A stretch of DNA of 61,945 nt, filler included, from Choristocarpus tenellus KU-1152 (Eukaryota; Protista; Phaeophyceae): the NCBI GenBank assembly GCA_964200185.2. It is 11 parts of 11 records of this genome, joined end to end, with 100 filler letters (N's around TTAATTAATTAA, not from the genome) between each part and the next. Parts side by side here need not be neighbours in the genome. Positions count along the whole stretch, not along the records: positions 10,752 to 14,132 come from CAXNAD020020419.1; positions 14,233 to 17,656 come from CAXNAD020020128.1; positions 17,757 to 20,858 come from CAXNAD020022314.1; positions 20,959 to 26,523 come from CAXNAD020010407.1; 7 more parts are not named here. One strand, given 5' to 3'. The stretch's first letter is position 1; every line of letters starts with the position of its first letter. Positions 12,626 through 24,645 of the stretch are shown piece by piece. The notes beneath the pieces are model-generated. The model did no database searches. It was not told the DNA's origin and was given only the letters and a program-made list of their open reading frames with translations. The translations under genes and the position numbers were made by a program.

Positions 12626-12885
12626 GAGTGGAAGTATCTTAAAGGGTACGAGGTTTTTCCTGCTTGCCCATTTGGGGCTTGGCTTCCCACAGGTTTTTAA
12701 TGACATTTTACCTACTCCAAAAAATTTCGGAGTAGGTAAAATGTATACGTTAAGAAAAGGTGTGTTCGGAACAAGGATATTGACATCTCCATATAAACAT
12801 GATACCCAAAAAATTTGATCAAAAGTGCATAATTGGATATTGGCCCCAAATGGACGCGGCTCTACCCTCTAAGACACTTTGACTC
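12626..12885 (-). mobile_element. MITE family A, complete 260-bp copy with AAT target-site duplication
   Basis: TIRs gagtggaagtatcttaaagggta / taccctctaagacactttgactc. AAT on both flanks (12623-12625, 12886-12888). Internal 16-bp perfect inverted repeat. Confidence 0.9.
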
Positions 12886-13010
12886 AATTAAATATCAGAA
12901 CAAACCCTGAATAAGTAGCAGTTGTCGTTAATGTGAAAACATTTTTCTATAGTCTATTTACTATTTACTACCAGCTATGCTATACCACTCCCCTCCTATT
13001 CCTCCAACTT

Positions 13011-13104
13011 AGCTTAGCCGGACACACGCGGGCAAGGAGCTAGGGAAGCATCCCAACGATCTGACAGGCCCCTCCTTGCCCATCTCCCTGGTGTCTCTAG
13101 CTTA
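13011..13104. repeat. ~95-bp dispersed repeat (second copy ~13797-13895)
   Basis: Both copies share tagggaRgcat...atctRacaRg.ccctccttgcccat...ggtgtctc.agctta. Confidence 0.7.
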
Positions 13105-13895
13105 AAACGCATGAAACGTCTTGATAGAGCTACTTCTGTTATGACGGGCACTATCTGTGGTAAACGAGATTTGACAGCTTCTTTTCTGCTGTAGCCTCCC
13201 GTCCCTCTCCCCCTTTCTGCATATGTAGCCAACTCATCCAGAAAACTTTCTCTTGCTTACTGAGACACCAAAATTTCTCACCGTGAAGGTGTTGAGGTTA
13301 CATATATACTATTATGCCCTTGGATATTTTGCGTATGTGTCGGGTAAAATCCAATTCAATCTATATATTATTATGCCTTCAAATTCAATATCATAAGGAC
13401 CCCTATAAAAGTAACATGTACCAAATCGTTGTACATAACAAAATACATTAATAAAATTCAGTGAAATGTTAGCAAGAAGTGTTATCATAGGTTTTGAAAA
13501 AAGTGTAGAATATAAAAAAGTGTGATGTTGTCCAACTTGTGTCATACAGTGGATGTACCGATATACAAGAGGGTAGAGGCAACTGGAAAACCCTCTCTTA
13601 TATCCTGATCCCCTCTCATTTTCATTATTATGCCCTCTCACATTTATTAGATGTGTAGGGGAAAATCAACAAAAACTATTCACATGTCAGAATAAACGCA
13701 AAAAAAGTAACAGTCTTCATAAATATGAAAAATATTAATCTATTCGCTATTTTACAACCAAATATGCCACACCGTTCCTTTCCTGTGCCTCTAACCTAGC
13801 TTGGTCCTGTACTCCAGGGTGAGGGGTTAGGGAGGCATTCCGCGAATCTAACAAGTCCCTCCTTGCCCATTTGTGTTGGTGGTGTCTCCAGCTTA

Positions 13896-14132
13896 GAGCC
13901 AAAGTATCTTGGAGGGTACAGCCGCGTCCATTTGGGGGCCAAAGTCCAATGTTGCAATTTTGATGTAATATTGGCTATTGTGTGTGTTTTGGAAGTGTTA
14001 ATGTCGATGTTCTGGACACACCTTCTAATAACATACACATTTTACACACTCCAAAACCTTTTGGAGTAGGAAAATGTCATTAAAAAACCCATGGGAAGCC
14101 AAGACCCAAATGGACAAACAGGGCAAAACTCG
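13896..14132 (+). mobile_element. MITE family A copy, truncated by contig end
   Basis: Starts gagccaaagtatcttggagggtac after TTA; body homologous to the other family A copies. Confidence 0.85.
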
Positions 14133-14568
14133 NNNNNNNNNNNNNNNNNNNNNNNNNNNNNNNNNNNNNNNNNNNNTTAATTAATTAANNNNNNNNNNNN
14201 NNNNNNNNNNNNNNNNNNNNNNNNNNNNNNNNCCCCCCCCCCCCCCACCAATGAATTGAGAGGTCACACTAAGACTAGTACAAATAATACTGTACACAGT
14301 TGTCCATTTCAATCGATATGATTCTTTTTTTTTTTAAATTATTTTTCACAACCCTACCACACCACCGTACATTTAAAAACTCTTCTTGAGAAGAAAAAAA
14401 AGAAAATTGAAATATTTTTTCACCGAACAAAAACAAACACATTTTGAAATACCTCCGCAACCCTCCCCAGCCCTCCCCCCCCCAAAAAAAAAACATTAAT
14501 CCCTTGCCCCTCCCCCCTCTTTCAAATGAATAACGAAGTAACCAACTAACTAACTAAATAAATCAAAC

Positions 14569-15142
14569 CTTGTCACAGGGAAGAGCAAAAGACCTGACTG
14601 CAAACAGGAGCTTGGACACGCTAGCCCAACTGCTTGGGGAGATGCTGGTCAGAGGGATCCCGTGGAAGCTCTGTGGCTTGCCACGGGCCAGGGTCACACC
14701 CTGCCACACTGCAGTCTCCTGCTTTGCAATCTTGTCCATGGTTCGAATGCACGCATATAATCTGTCCACAGGCATCACATCAAATACATGCACACATGCA
14801 TTTAAATCTCGAGCCTTGTGCATTTTCATGTGTGTGTGTGTATGTATGTGATTCGCCTGAATGGAACTTGAAAAAAAAAAAACTGGCTTAACAGTGCTTG
14901 ATAGAAACAAAGCTTAGAACTTTTTCTTTTTAAAAAAAAATTTCTTACAAAAGAATTTCAATATTATATTGAAAGATGGACAAGTGCAAACAACTCTCAA
15001 TGAAGATGTAGATTTATTTTGTCATGTCTTGATAAATCTATTATCTTGAATGAAATACAAGCAACTCGCGATAAAGTGTGCAACGACAGGAAAATAAAAT
15101 TAATTACAAATTTAAAAATTGTCTGTCTCTTCCAAACAAAAA

Positions 15143-15173
<31 letters not shown>

Positions 15174-15688
15174 GTGATTTTCAATATTGAGAAAACAAAC
15201 ATACGAGCAGCAGTGGTAGTCTTGAGCATTGAAGTAGAGTATTCGACACATATTAATCAGTCCAAATTAAGCAATTTGCATCATCATGCCCCAGAGACTG
15301 ACACAATCTTAATTAAGTGCGTGTATCTAGTTTGTGTGCATAAATGTGCATGCACACATACACCTATGTTTGTACACACACATACGTATGTGACATATCA
15401 ATAAACACACATACATACATACATACATACATCAGATCTCTAAGGATAAGATATAAATCGGACCAGAATAAAAAAAAAAAAGTAATCTGTTGAGAAATAA
15501 AAAAAATTATAAGCGAATGAGCACAAGACAGGCAATGTGGCCATGCATGGGAGGGCTTGGGGGGAGAGGGAGGCGACGAGATAACGTCGCTGTGTCATCA
15601 GTCACCAGGACATTGAGAGGACAGCATCACAAGACTCCAAACGTTACCCATTTAACAACACATACGCATGTATACACAGTACCTACTT

Positions 15689-15720
<32 letters not shown>

Positions 15721-17505
15721 GCAATTTTATTTTATTTTCAAACCGTTCATTTGAATTGAATTTGGCGTTTCCGTACTCTACTACACTCGAAAACAACTCT
15801 GAAGGAACTAATCCTAACCCTAACCCTAACCCGGCGAAGGCGAACCAAAGCGCTCAAGAAAAAAAAAAGAGGAGGTAAGAAAATAAGAAAAATTAGGGAA
15901 ATATATATTTTTTCTCTCCCAGTACCAAAAAAAAAGAAAAAAGAACAACGCGTCGAACCGCTGATCAGGTCCCCTTATACATACAATCTCGAACCTCGAC
16001 GACATGATCAAAGCTCAAGGTACACCAGAGATCAAACAAGAGAGCACGCCACCCGACAAGTACAACCCAAACCCTAACCCTAACCCTCTCACCTTTCCAT
16101 CACGGGCACAAACAACTCTGCCTCCACCTGTCTCCTGACGCTCCCTAAGATCAAAGAAAACGCCTCCTCCTCTGCAGCCATACTCTCCCAATCCACTGTA
16201 GGACTCCCCTGCACCCCTTCTTCTTCCCCCCCCCCTCCACCTCCCTCATTGCCCACCGGTTTCAAACTCGACAATTCCAGTCCTTTCCCTAACCCTGAAG
16301 AACCCATCATCGGTTCAGTAGACGTTCCGGGAGGCACTAACGCCTTTTCCGTAGGAGATCCCGCTGCGCTTGGAATGTTTTGGGAAACCCCTTCGCTATG
16401 CACTTCCCCCGACGTGCTGGTGGCCGAAAGATCGACTGAGGAGGCTTCGTGATTAGGTTGAGGTCCAGGTCCAGGTCCAGGTTCAGGTCCTGTTGGAGCC
16501 GGTACTGGTGGTTTCTTTCTCCGAGGGATCTGTTCATCAGTGGGTTAGGGTTAGGGTTAGGGTTCACCCCACCCAGAAGACATAAACAAGGCACAATGTT
16601 TTCCATGAAGGGAGGAGGCATGCGGGGGCGGGGGGGGGGGAGGGGTTGTGCAAAGAAAAAACAAGGTCATGTTTAAAATAGGGTTGGGGTTTTAGTCGGG
16701 GGAAAAGGTGCAGTAGGACTACAGTGGGGAATAATGTTAGAGTTGGAACCACCAATAATACTCGATAAATTAGTTGTACCATCTGGCATCTGGCATCAGG
16801 AAATAAGATGTAACATCAAACCCCGCCATCGACATCCGATTCGTTAAAAGCCCCCTTCTTTACATTTTTCTTTTTTTAATTTGTTTTAGGGGTTAGGGTG
16901 TGTGGGACAGTAAGTAGGGCCCGCTTGCTTTGCAAAGAGATTCTCACAGCGCAAGGGGATGCTGTCTGCTGGATATTGAACACACAGGAATTGTGAGGTC
17001 AGGGACGTCCATGTAGTAGAGCAACGCAAAAGCCCCCCCAAGTTACAACACAACACACAGCACAAGACAGGTAGCCATTACATGCACCTTATTTATCAAG
17101 GTTGAAGGGACCCTCCCCCTCCCCCTACCAAATCACCACAGGACCATCATCACAACTTTCACGTAAGACACTCCAGAGTACAAGCACACAACAACACCTC
17201 CACAGTAATAGCACCACCTCTCACACACCCCACAGAAAAAAGACTTGATGTCCTCCGCCCCCCCCCGCCCCCGCCCCCTCAAACAAAACAAACTAAACCA
17301 CAGTCACCATCATCCGTAGCTCTTCGAAGCACCCATCTGCTATGGCTCGTTGTAGTCGATCAATCATCTCACTCAGTTGTTCCAGCATGGCCTCGCCTGA
17401 TGGTTCTCGCCCACCTCCAGTGGTACTCCCCAACATGACCTCCTGCACAAAATTGTTGACGAGCCTCTCCAATGGGGGGAGTCGGAAGACCAGCCAAACA
17501 CGTAC
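14569..17505 (-). CDS. Partial VPS9-domain (Rab5 GEF-like) gene, 3 exons
   Basis: Exons 17505-17308, 16529-16093 and 14761-14569 join in consistent phase (0, 2) with GT-AG introns. SVRRQVEAELFVP...SPSSWASVSKLL..VRSFALPCDK resembles the helical bundle and start of a VPS9 domain. The catalytic part lies off-contig. Confidence 0.7.
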
Positions 17506-17756
17506 CTTTATTGGTCCAAGGTCCAAGGTTCAAGGTTGCAGGAAGAAGTACACGCACATTCGAAAGGATATGTCATGGCAGGTACAAGCTGTACGGGGGG
17601 GAGGGGAGGGCTGCAGGGATAGAAATTGATTCCTGTCATAATTAGTAGTAGCACAANNNNNNNNNNNNNNNNNNNNNNNNNNNNNNNNNNNNNNNNNNNN
17701 TTAATTAATTAANNNNNNNNNNNNNNNNNNNNNNNNNNNNNNNNNNNNNNNNNNNN

Positions 17757-17966
17757 CGTTCATTTGGGGCCTAAACGTAATTTTGGCTCTCGTGTTTGCT
17801 AGGAAGTGTCAATATCCTTGTTCCGGACACAACGTTTCATAACATACACACTTTAACAACTCCTAAACATTTTAGAGTAGGAAAATGTCATTAAAAACCC
17901 CGAGGAAAGCCAAGCGCCAAATGAACAAACAGGGCAAAACTCATACCCTCTAAGGTACTTCCACTC
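17757..17966 (+). mobile_element. MITE family A copy inserted in the copia RT
   Basis: Right TIR taccctctaaggtacttccactc followed by AAT. It interrupts the RT frame just after DTFAPTPSPVSLKIVTA. Confidence 0.85.
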
Positions 17967-19990
17967 AATGCTGTAACTATTTTTAAAGACACAGGGGATG
18001 GTGTTGGTGCAAAAGTATCTTGATAATCTAAACCCTCAATCTGTCGAAAACCTTTTGCTACCAAACGCGCCTTTTATCTCACTACCTCACCAAATTTGTT
18101 AGTCATTTACGCTTGTGAATCCATTTTGTGTCTATTGCCCTGCGTCCAGGGGGTAGTACGGCCTCCACCCAAGCATTATTCAACAACAAACTAGACATCT
18201 CTTCTGCTCTAGCTCGATCCCATGAATCACATTCGGGAGAGCTATGTGCTGCTCTTACAGTCTTGGGTTCTGGAGGGAGCTCATCCGCCAAAACTCTAAT
18301 AGTATCATCACTCGCACACGTCACAAGGTTAGTCTCTATGGAAACACACCAAAAGGTTATAAAAAATTGGACATGTCAAAAACAGCAGCTTTGGAGGAAG
18401 TATTCTGATGGTTACCAGATCTTGTGAGGTAAGGAAGGGTGTTGCTGATGTCTCCATTTCCAATGCTGAGCAGTCGTAGGTCCCTGGTACATTGACTGTC
18501 CTTAGCCTCATCCACCCCGTCATCATTTCGATCATTGCTTTCATCATCCACAAGTTCATCACCATCAACTCATGTGTCTTCAGATTCGTCACCATCACCT
18601 AGACCTTCAATCCAGGTGATTCGATCGTCATTATCACATTCACCCCCCATCCCCTGGATTTCGTCAGTCCTCCCCATCAGATATATGATGCGCATCACCA
18701 GTAAATTTGATGATCACTTCCTTAGCCCTACCAGCAGAATATGAAGAGAGAAGATTGAAAGCTATCTTCGGGACTAGTTCAACAGACGCCAAAGTAACAT
18801 GCGCCCACTCATCGCGGCCAACATTGAAATTCATATCATTTTTTCCATACCCTACAATGGGTAGTGATGTGCCGTCAGCCACAGTCATTTTGTGGTCTTG
18901 TGGACATGTGGTGAAGTCATACATATACGTCGATTCTTTCGTCACACTAGTGGAGGCCCCCAAATCAAAACACCACGTTTCGAGAGTATTCAAACCCACC
19001 TTGCCATTGTCAGTCATTGCGGCTAGCATGGTCTTAAATTTCCTCCCTGACCAAGCCGGTTCCTCCGATCCAGCTAGTTCTTCCGCTGACTTTAGCGGAG
19101 TTGCCTTCTGGCGATACAAACTTCCCACCGACTTTGGCAGGATCACCCTCCTCTGAGGGCATACAGCCTGCTGGTGGACTCTGCTCCTGCAGCTGTAGCA
19201 CAGTCCTTTATATGTGCAAGGATCGGCATGCCTGACCAATTCACTTGGTCAGCCCCCTGGCACGGGATCCTGTCGTCCCAGGGTCTGTACGGAGACTCGT
19301 CGTACCTTGGCCGCCTCCCTGGCTGACCCGTTTTTGGTTTCTTGTCGAGCTCGTAGTCCCTACAGGGAGAGCACTCCCAGACTCTCCACCATCTGCTACA
19401 TCTTGCTGCAAAGAGAAATAGCGCGAACGAGCAGCTTGATGAATCTTAGCTCCCGTACTCTCACTCTTATGATGATGCTGAAGGTATTGTTTGATTTTCT
19501 GATAGTCATCGTCCAAACAATCTAACATGGCAATTTGTAGGACCTGTTCGGACATCACATCCCCCATCATCGCCATCTGGCCAACCCAGGCCAACATCAT
19601 CGTAAAAGTGATCTGGGGGTCTCACCCCCGTGGTATCTTGACTATCATCAACTTCTTTTGGAGTCTTGCTATTTCCTCGTCTGAATGGATAAGGAAATGT
19701 TCCCGTAGATGTTGCCAAGCTCCTGGAGATGACGCTACATTGCGGACAATGCACCCGTAAATCCCGCTGGTACTCCTTAACAGGACGACCTAAGCCTTCT
19801 TGGCTTTGGTGACCTCCTCTTTATCCACATTTTTCCCCTTGATGAAATTTATGTCACTCACTCTTATAGGTGCCTCCCTGTGCTCCAATGCCTCATCAAT
19901 ATCACCCTTTGCACCCAAAAATGCACGGGTTGATGCGAACCAATCGGCCTTGTTGTCGTCCGTGAGCTGGTGTGAAACCCATCAGAAACC
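17967..19990 (-). mobile_element. Degenerate Ty1/copia retrotransposon (gag, zinc knuckle, protease, start of RT; no integrase)
   Basis: gag-like AWQHLREHF...DPQ...MGDVMSE; CCHC knuckle CYSCRSRVHQQAVC; protease WCFDLGASTSVT...VADGTSLPIVGYG; RT WDRARAEEMSSL...AIDTKWIHKRK...KARLVAKGFRQIEGLDYQDTFAP. Stops and frameshifts present. Confidence 0.92.
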
Positions 19991-20022
19991 ATGAGTGATG
20001 TGATACCTTCAAACCAAACCAG

Positions 20023-20205
20023 TGACCAAAGTATCTGAGGGGGGGAGGAGGGAGATCTGCACCAGGGTGTCCATTTGGGCCATAACAAGGAAAAGTTCTC
20101 TTACATTATCCATCTGACGTACGCAACCAAATCACCCAAAAATCGCGAGATGAAAAAATTGACCACAAGTGGACAGCCGCCACCCCCTCCCAGATACTTT
20201 GAACC
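20023..20205 (-). mobile_element. MITE family B (~180-230 bp), complete copy
   Basis: TIRs caaagtatctg(20027-20037) / cagatactttg(20191-20201), followed inward by G/C tracts. Body is the reverse-complement homologue of 26276-26440 and 44310-44540. Confidence 0.85.
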
Positions 20206-20375
20206 GGTCCGGCTACGCCTCCCCTAGCTAGAGTTTGGATTAGGCGCTTAAGCATGTTGAAGAGCTTGGCGTATGTAAGGCTCATCGTCGCGAGCTAGTA
20301 GTTGAGTTACATGGTGAACCATGCACTGAATATTGATTGCCCACTGGGTGCCCAATATCACTAGTATACATATAA

Positions 20376-20800
20376 TTATGCCCTCTGACATTTTGCAGAT
20401 GTGAAAGGGCTACCGTCCTCCATAGTGGAAGGAATACTCATCCCCTTGCATAGTTGGTGAAGGAATTTCACCATTGAAGTGTGCTGTCGTACCTGTGCCC
20501 CTGCCCTGGGGCAGGTACGGACATATCTGGTATCAACATTTTGCTTCCCGCACCCTGCCACTGGACACCTGTTGGATAGGGATCTGCTGACTGTGAGCTT
20601 GAATGCCAGAGGGGAGATCTGGCATACTGGTTCCAGAGGTTGAGTTGATGCCCACGCGTTTGCGCTTTGTCCACACTGACTCTGGTGGCGCGCTGGGGCC
20701 AATGAGGAGCTTTCCCTCCCTTGGGTGTGCCTCATTTGGAAGGCCGGCCAGTTGTGTCCTGAAGGAGTCAAAAAACGGATCTTGTTCAGGAGACATGTGA
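20376..20800 (-). mobile_element. Fragment of an RLE-type (CRE/R2-like) non-LTR retrotransposon C-terminus
   Basis: ANAWASTQP...CPVAGCG...VDTRYVRTCPRAG...QH...IPSTMEDGSPF is the Cys knuckle plus RH motif region that precedes a restriction-like endonuclease. Homologous to 32760-33230. Confidence 0.65.
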
Positions 20801-21927
20801 TCTCGTATTGAGGCCTGTTAAGAATATGCTTTTATTCATGTGTAAAATATGATTCTGTNNNNNNNNNNNNNNNNNNNNNNNNNNNNNNNNNNNNNNNNNN
20901 NNTTAATTAATTAANNNNNNNNNNNNNNNNNNNNNNNNNNNNNNNNNNNNNNNNNNNNGGGTACATACACAGGAGGGGGGGAACTTGAGGGCAGGGTAAC
21001 AGGGCATTCCAAGGAGGATATCATGAGTCTGGAAAGGATAGGGGATGGCAGACAAGGAAGGAGCCCTACAGAATATCAACTTCTTTGTTGTGTTGTGTGA
21101 GCATGTGTAATGCTTGTGAGACTATCAATGGACACACAAAAAAGAAGACAGTATCAATGGACATACCACTACCGTTTCTGGGTCACAAATTCAGTGGACT
21201 CGCCACCATATGTGCAGAGGATAGCATATGTAAAAAAAAAGGGCATAGACAACACTGCCCAACAATAATGTGCACCTGCACATCAAACATATCACATCAA
21301 CAACCATGGCACTGAGGCCTCATCACAATGAGGGCTTTGAAAAATGGAGCGGAAGAGCTTGTGCAGGGCTTTGTACTGTCAGACCATTCCCTGCTCCAAT
21401 AACATAAGCACACCAACTTGTGTGTACGAAGCTAAACCTCAGATTGAACAAAATCCACAAGAAACTGCCAGACCCTTCAAATGCGCAGATGGTGGTGGTT
21501 ATGCCTGCGGACATACTGCCCTAGAATAAGATCAGTGAGTCAGAATGCTGTGCAATAACCACAAAGCTGCTTCACAATAACGATAGAGGGCATTCTTGCA
21601 TCATCTGGGAAATTCTCGTATGTTAAAATGCATACAAACAAAGCACATCAAGGCCTATACAAATTAGCCAGGATTAATCGTTACTGCTCAAACTATTTGC
21701 AAAAAAAGAATCATGGCCACAATACCACCTGCCACGGTAAAAAGAAAAACAAAAATCATCACTACCCTCCACCAAATATCGACTGAAAGAACACAAAAAT
21801 ATACTTGGAAATTCAAATTAAATCAGACCCTCATCTTTCAAATTTTATCAGTGATTCCACAAGTAGAAAGGCTCGCTTGAGGCATACACACACATACACC
21901 TCCTTCCCATTTGCCCCTGAACCTCAC

Positions 21928-24108
21928 CTTTGCAAAGCATTGCCTCCCTGAGGTGAAGACTGCAATCTCATACCAGCGACTTACAACACGCAGAAAGACA
22001 TCCAGGTGCGGCCTCTTCCATGCATACATGCATGCTGGGCGGCCAGACGCCCCAGATCCCCTCATCTCCAATTTGATGTCAGGAGGCGGTGGGCATACGG
22101 AGGATCCTTGTCGCTCACCGCGGCCCCCCACACCACCCCTCTGTATCTCATGATAGGGTGGGCGGTAGTGCTGACTGCAGTGCACCAGCGTCTCATCCAG
22201 GTCAAGCACAAGCAGGTACTTGGGAGCACGGGATCGCAGACTTCCCCCCCCATCACCTAAGGGACGGTAACCACATAGTTTCAGGAAACTATCACTGAGG
22301 GGTACAAGACGGCGCAAATCACCCCCCCCCCAAGTGGGTCCTGATCCCCCTCCAACCAATCCAGAATTATTGGACTGCCTAGACCTCACATCTCGTCCAC
22401 CCGCTGCACCTCCTGTGCCCCCTGCTGGTGCCCTCCCGATCTTATCCCCCCCTTCCTCCTGCCCTGTCCTGCTACGTGCCCTAGATAAGGCTTCATCTCT
22501 GCTATTGTTGGAGGATGAGAAGGTTCCCATTGTTGCAACAGCAGTTGCCAAGGTGTCTGCCTCGGGATGTGGACTAGGCAGGGAACGCAGTGATAACGTG
22601 CCCCATGACTTCCTCAGGAGACGAAGAAACTTTCCAGCGAGCCGCCAGCGAGATCCCAGTGCCGCCTCTGCTTTATGCCACAATCTGGAGCAGTAATTTA
22701 CAAGTCTCCGTGCTGAGGCCCTCAGCCCCCGCCAAGCTCTTGTCCAACAGGCATGTAGTCCTCCCTCTCCCGATTTCACATGGCTAGTATGGCGACGCTG
22801 CGACCGCCGCTTTCGTTTATGCTGCTGCTGGTGGGGGTGTTGGCGATGCTGCCCTGCCACACTGCCCACCCCCGTCCCTGCACCAGTCTGCCTCGCAGAT
22901 GAGGACGACTGCCTCTCATCGGGTCTGGCATTTCGTCCACGGTGATTATCATGCCCGGAGGCTCCTTCACTGTCATCAGAATCCCCAACACAACTTGGTT
23001 TTGTGAGGGTCACGAGAGCGAATACAGCAATAGCCAACAGTGTATGCAGTGCTTGAGGGTAGACACCTCCCTGACCCACTGGATCCTGCACTAACCCCAC
23101 AGGCTTGAAGTGTCGACCAGAACTAGAGCCTCCATCGCCTGCATCGGCACTGCCAGTCAAAAATTTCAGGTCTAGTCCCCGTCCTCCGGTGTTTATCCCC
23201 GCTCCCCCGTAACTGCCTCCCGTAACTGTGTCCGTATGTTCAACGTGGGGATCAGATATCCTGGCTTCTGCGGCCGTTTCCACGGGATGTGCAGCTTCGG
23301 CGCAGTCATCACAGCGCACCAAAGAGGTGGGATCTTCGAGATCATCATGCTTCCCCAGATTATTGTTCTCAGCAGCCTCCCCCTGATGGGAGTGGGCTGA
23401 CATTGAGTTCGCTCCCCTGCGAACATCATCGTTGAAGATTGATCCTGAGACAGCAACCGCTACCTCACCAGCAGCATGGGCATCCTGCACGATATCAATC
23501 TGCGTCGTGTTGACAGGAGTACCCGATGCTGATCGTCCAGAGAGAATTTGTGATGGGTAACTTGACGCGCCAAGCCCACCTGAATCTCCATTAACAGATA
23601 CCACACTCTCGTCACCCATGTCCTCAATCCCATCCCTCAAACGGTCTGTCCCTTCGATTATCGCGTATGTGTCACGGCCCTCGATTTTTCCTTCCTCAGT
23701 AGTCCCAGCAACAATTCCAACCTCCCCCGTGATCACCTTAATCCCCATTTCTGCATGCGCTGTCAGAAAATTGTCATCATGGAATGCATGGTTGCATGAG
23801 GGCTCGGATCGCCCACAGGGAGTACCACTCGCTCCACTAGGTCCATCCGTCCCCGCAGCATGAACATGAAGTTGTTCCACTTGTGCAGATTGATCCAAGG
23901 GTGATCCGAATCCCAGAAAATGGGCCGACGGGTCAGGGGTCGCGAATCTGAGGTCCGCTTGAATCTCTGTATCTCCCTCGACCTCCACGTACTCTCTAGG
24001 GGCTTTGGTGATCACCCCAGATACTTCAAGGTTATTTACTACGTATTCTTTAGAATCATGGCATTCGCGGCAATCATCGCCATCTCCCTCCGAAACAGCA
24101 AGTCCCAT
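21928..24108 (-). CDS. SCP/CTDSPL/Dullard-like (NIF/FCP1-homology) HAD phosphatase, one giant exon; 3' exons not found
   Basis: LLVLDLDETLVH (DxDxT motif) and KRPHLDVFL...YEIAVFTSG. GT donor at 21927. A hydrophobic segment (LLAIAVFALVTL) and a long low-complexity N-terminus precede the domain. Confidence 0.88.
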
Positions 24109-24645
24109 ATCTGTCCAAGTCTGACCGAAAAGGATAACAAGTTAAGGCTTCCACGTAGGTTGTAGAAAGAAAAAGGTGAATCAATGTCTCACGTACACAA
24201 AACGCCCGGCAGAGCGCCTTCGCCCCTGCAAAGACGCGTGAGACCCTTGTTGGAGTCCTGACCTAGGCGAGGGTCAGTGGACTGAACTTTCACTTGAGCG
24301 GAAAAAAGTTGGAAAGTGAAATCAAACCTTGTATGACCTGAAAGGCGTGTACTACTTGGTAACGGCTCTTTTTACCAACATAACCACGTGTACAGAGGAT
24401 AAAAAGATGAAACGTTTTTCACACCTCAACATACCACCAACACTATTATTTATATTAATAATATGACCTGTGCTTGGACCTCTTCAAGTACAAAAAACTT
24501 GGTCCACCATCTGCTAACATTAGAAATCTTGCCAATGTTGACACGGCAAATATCCTTACGTGTACCTTCATCAGCAGGAGGAAATTGCTGAGATTGGTGG
24601 AGTTTGAAGACTGAGAAGAATATCCTCTCTCCACCAAATAACAGG

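Noticed and set aside
13030-13081. Possible hammerhead ribozyme in the hairpin repeat
   Set aside because: No CUGANGA...GAAA core in the proper arrangement on either strand.
16066-16566. Idea that GGGTTA near donors pairs with CCCTAA near acceptors to juxtapose intron ends
   Set aside because: Contradicted by introns with CCCTAA right after the donor (47915, 7937-7957) or GGGTTA before the acceptor (47704).
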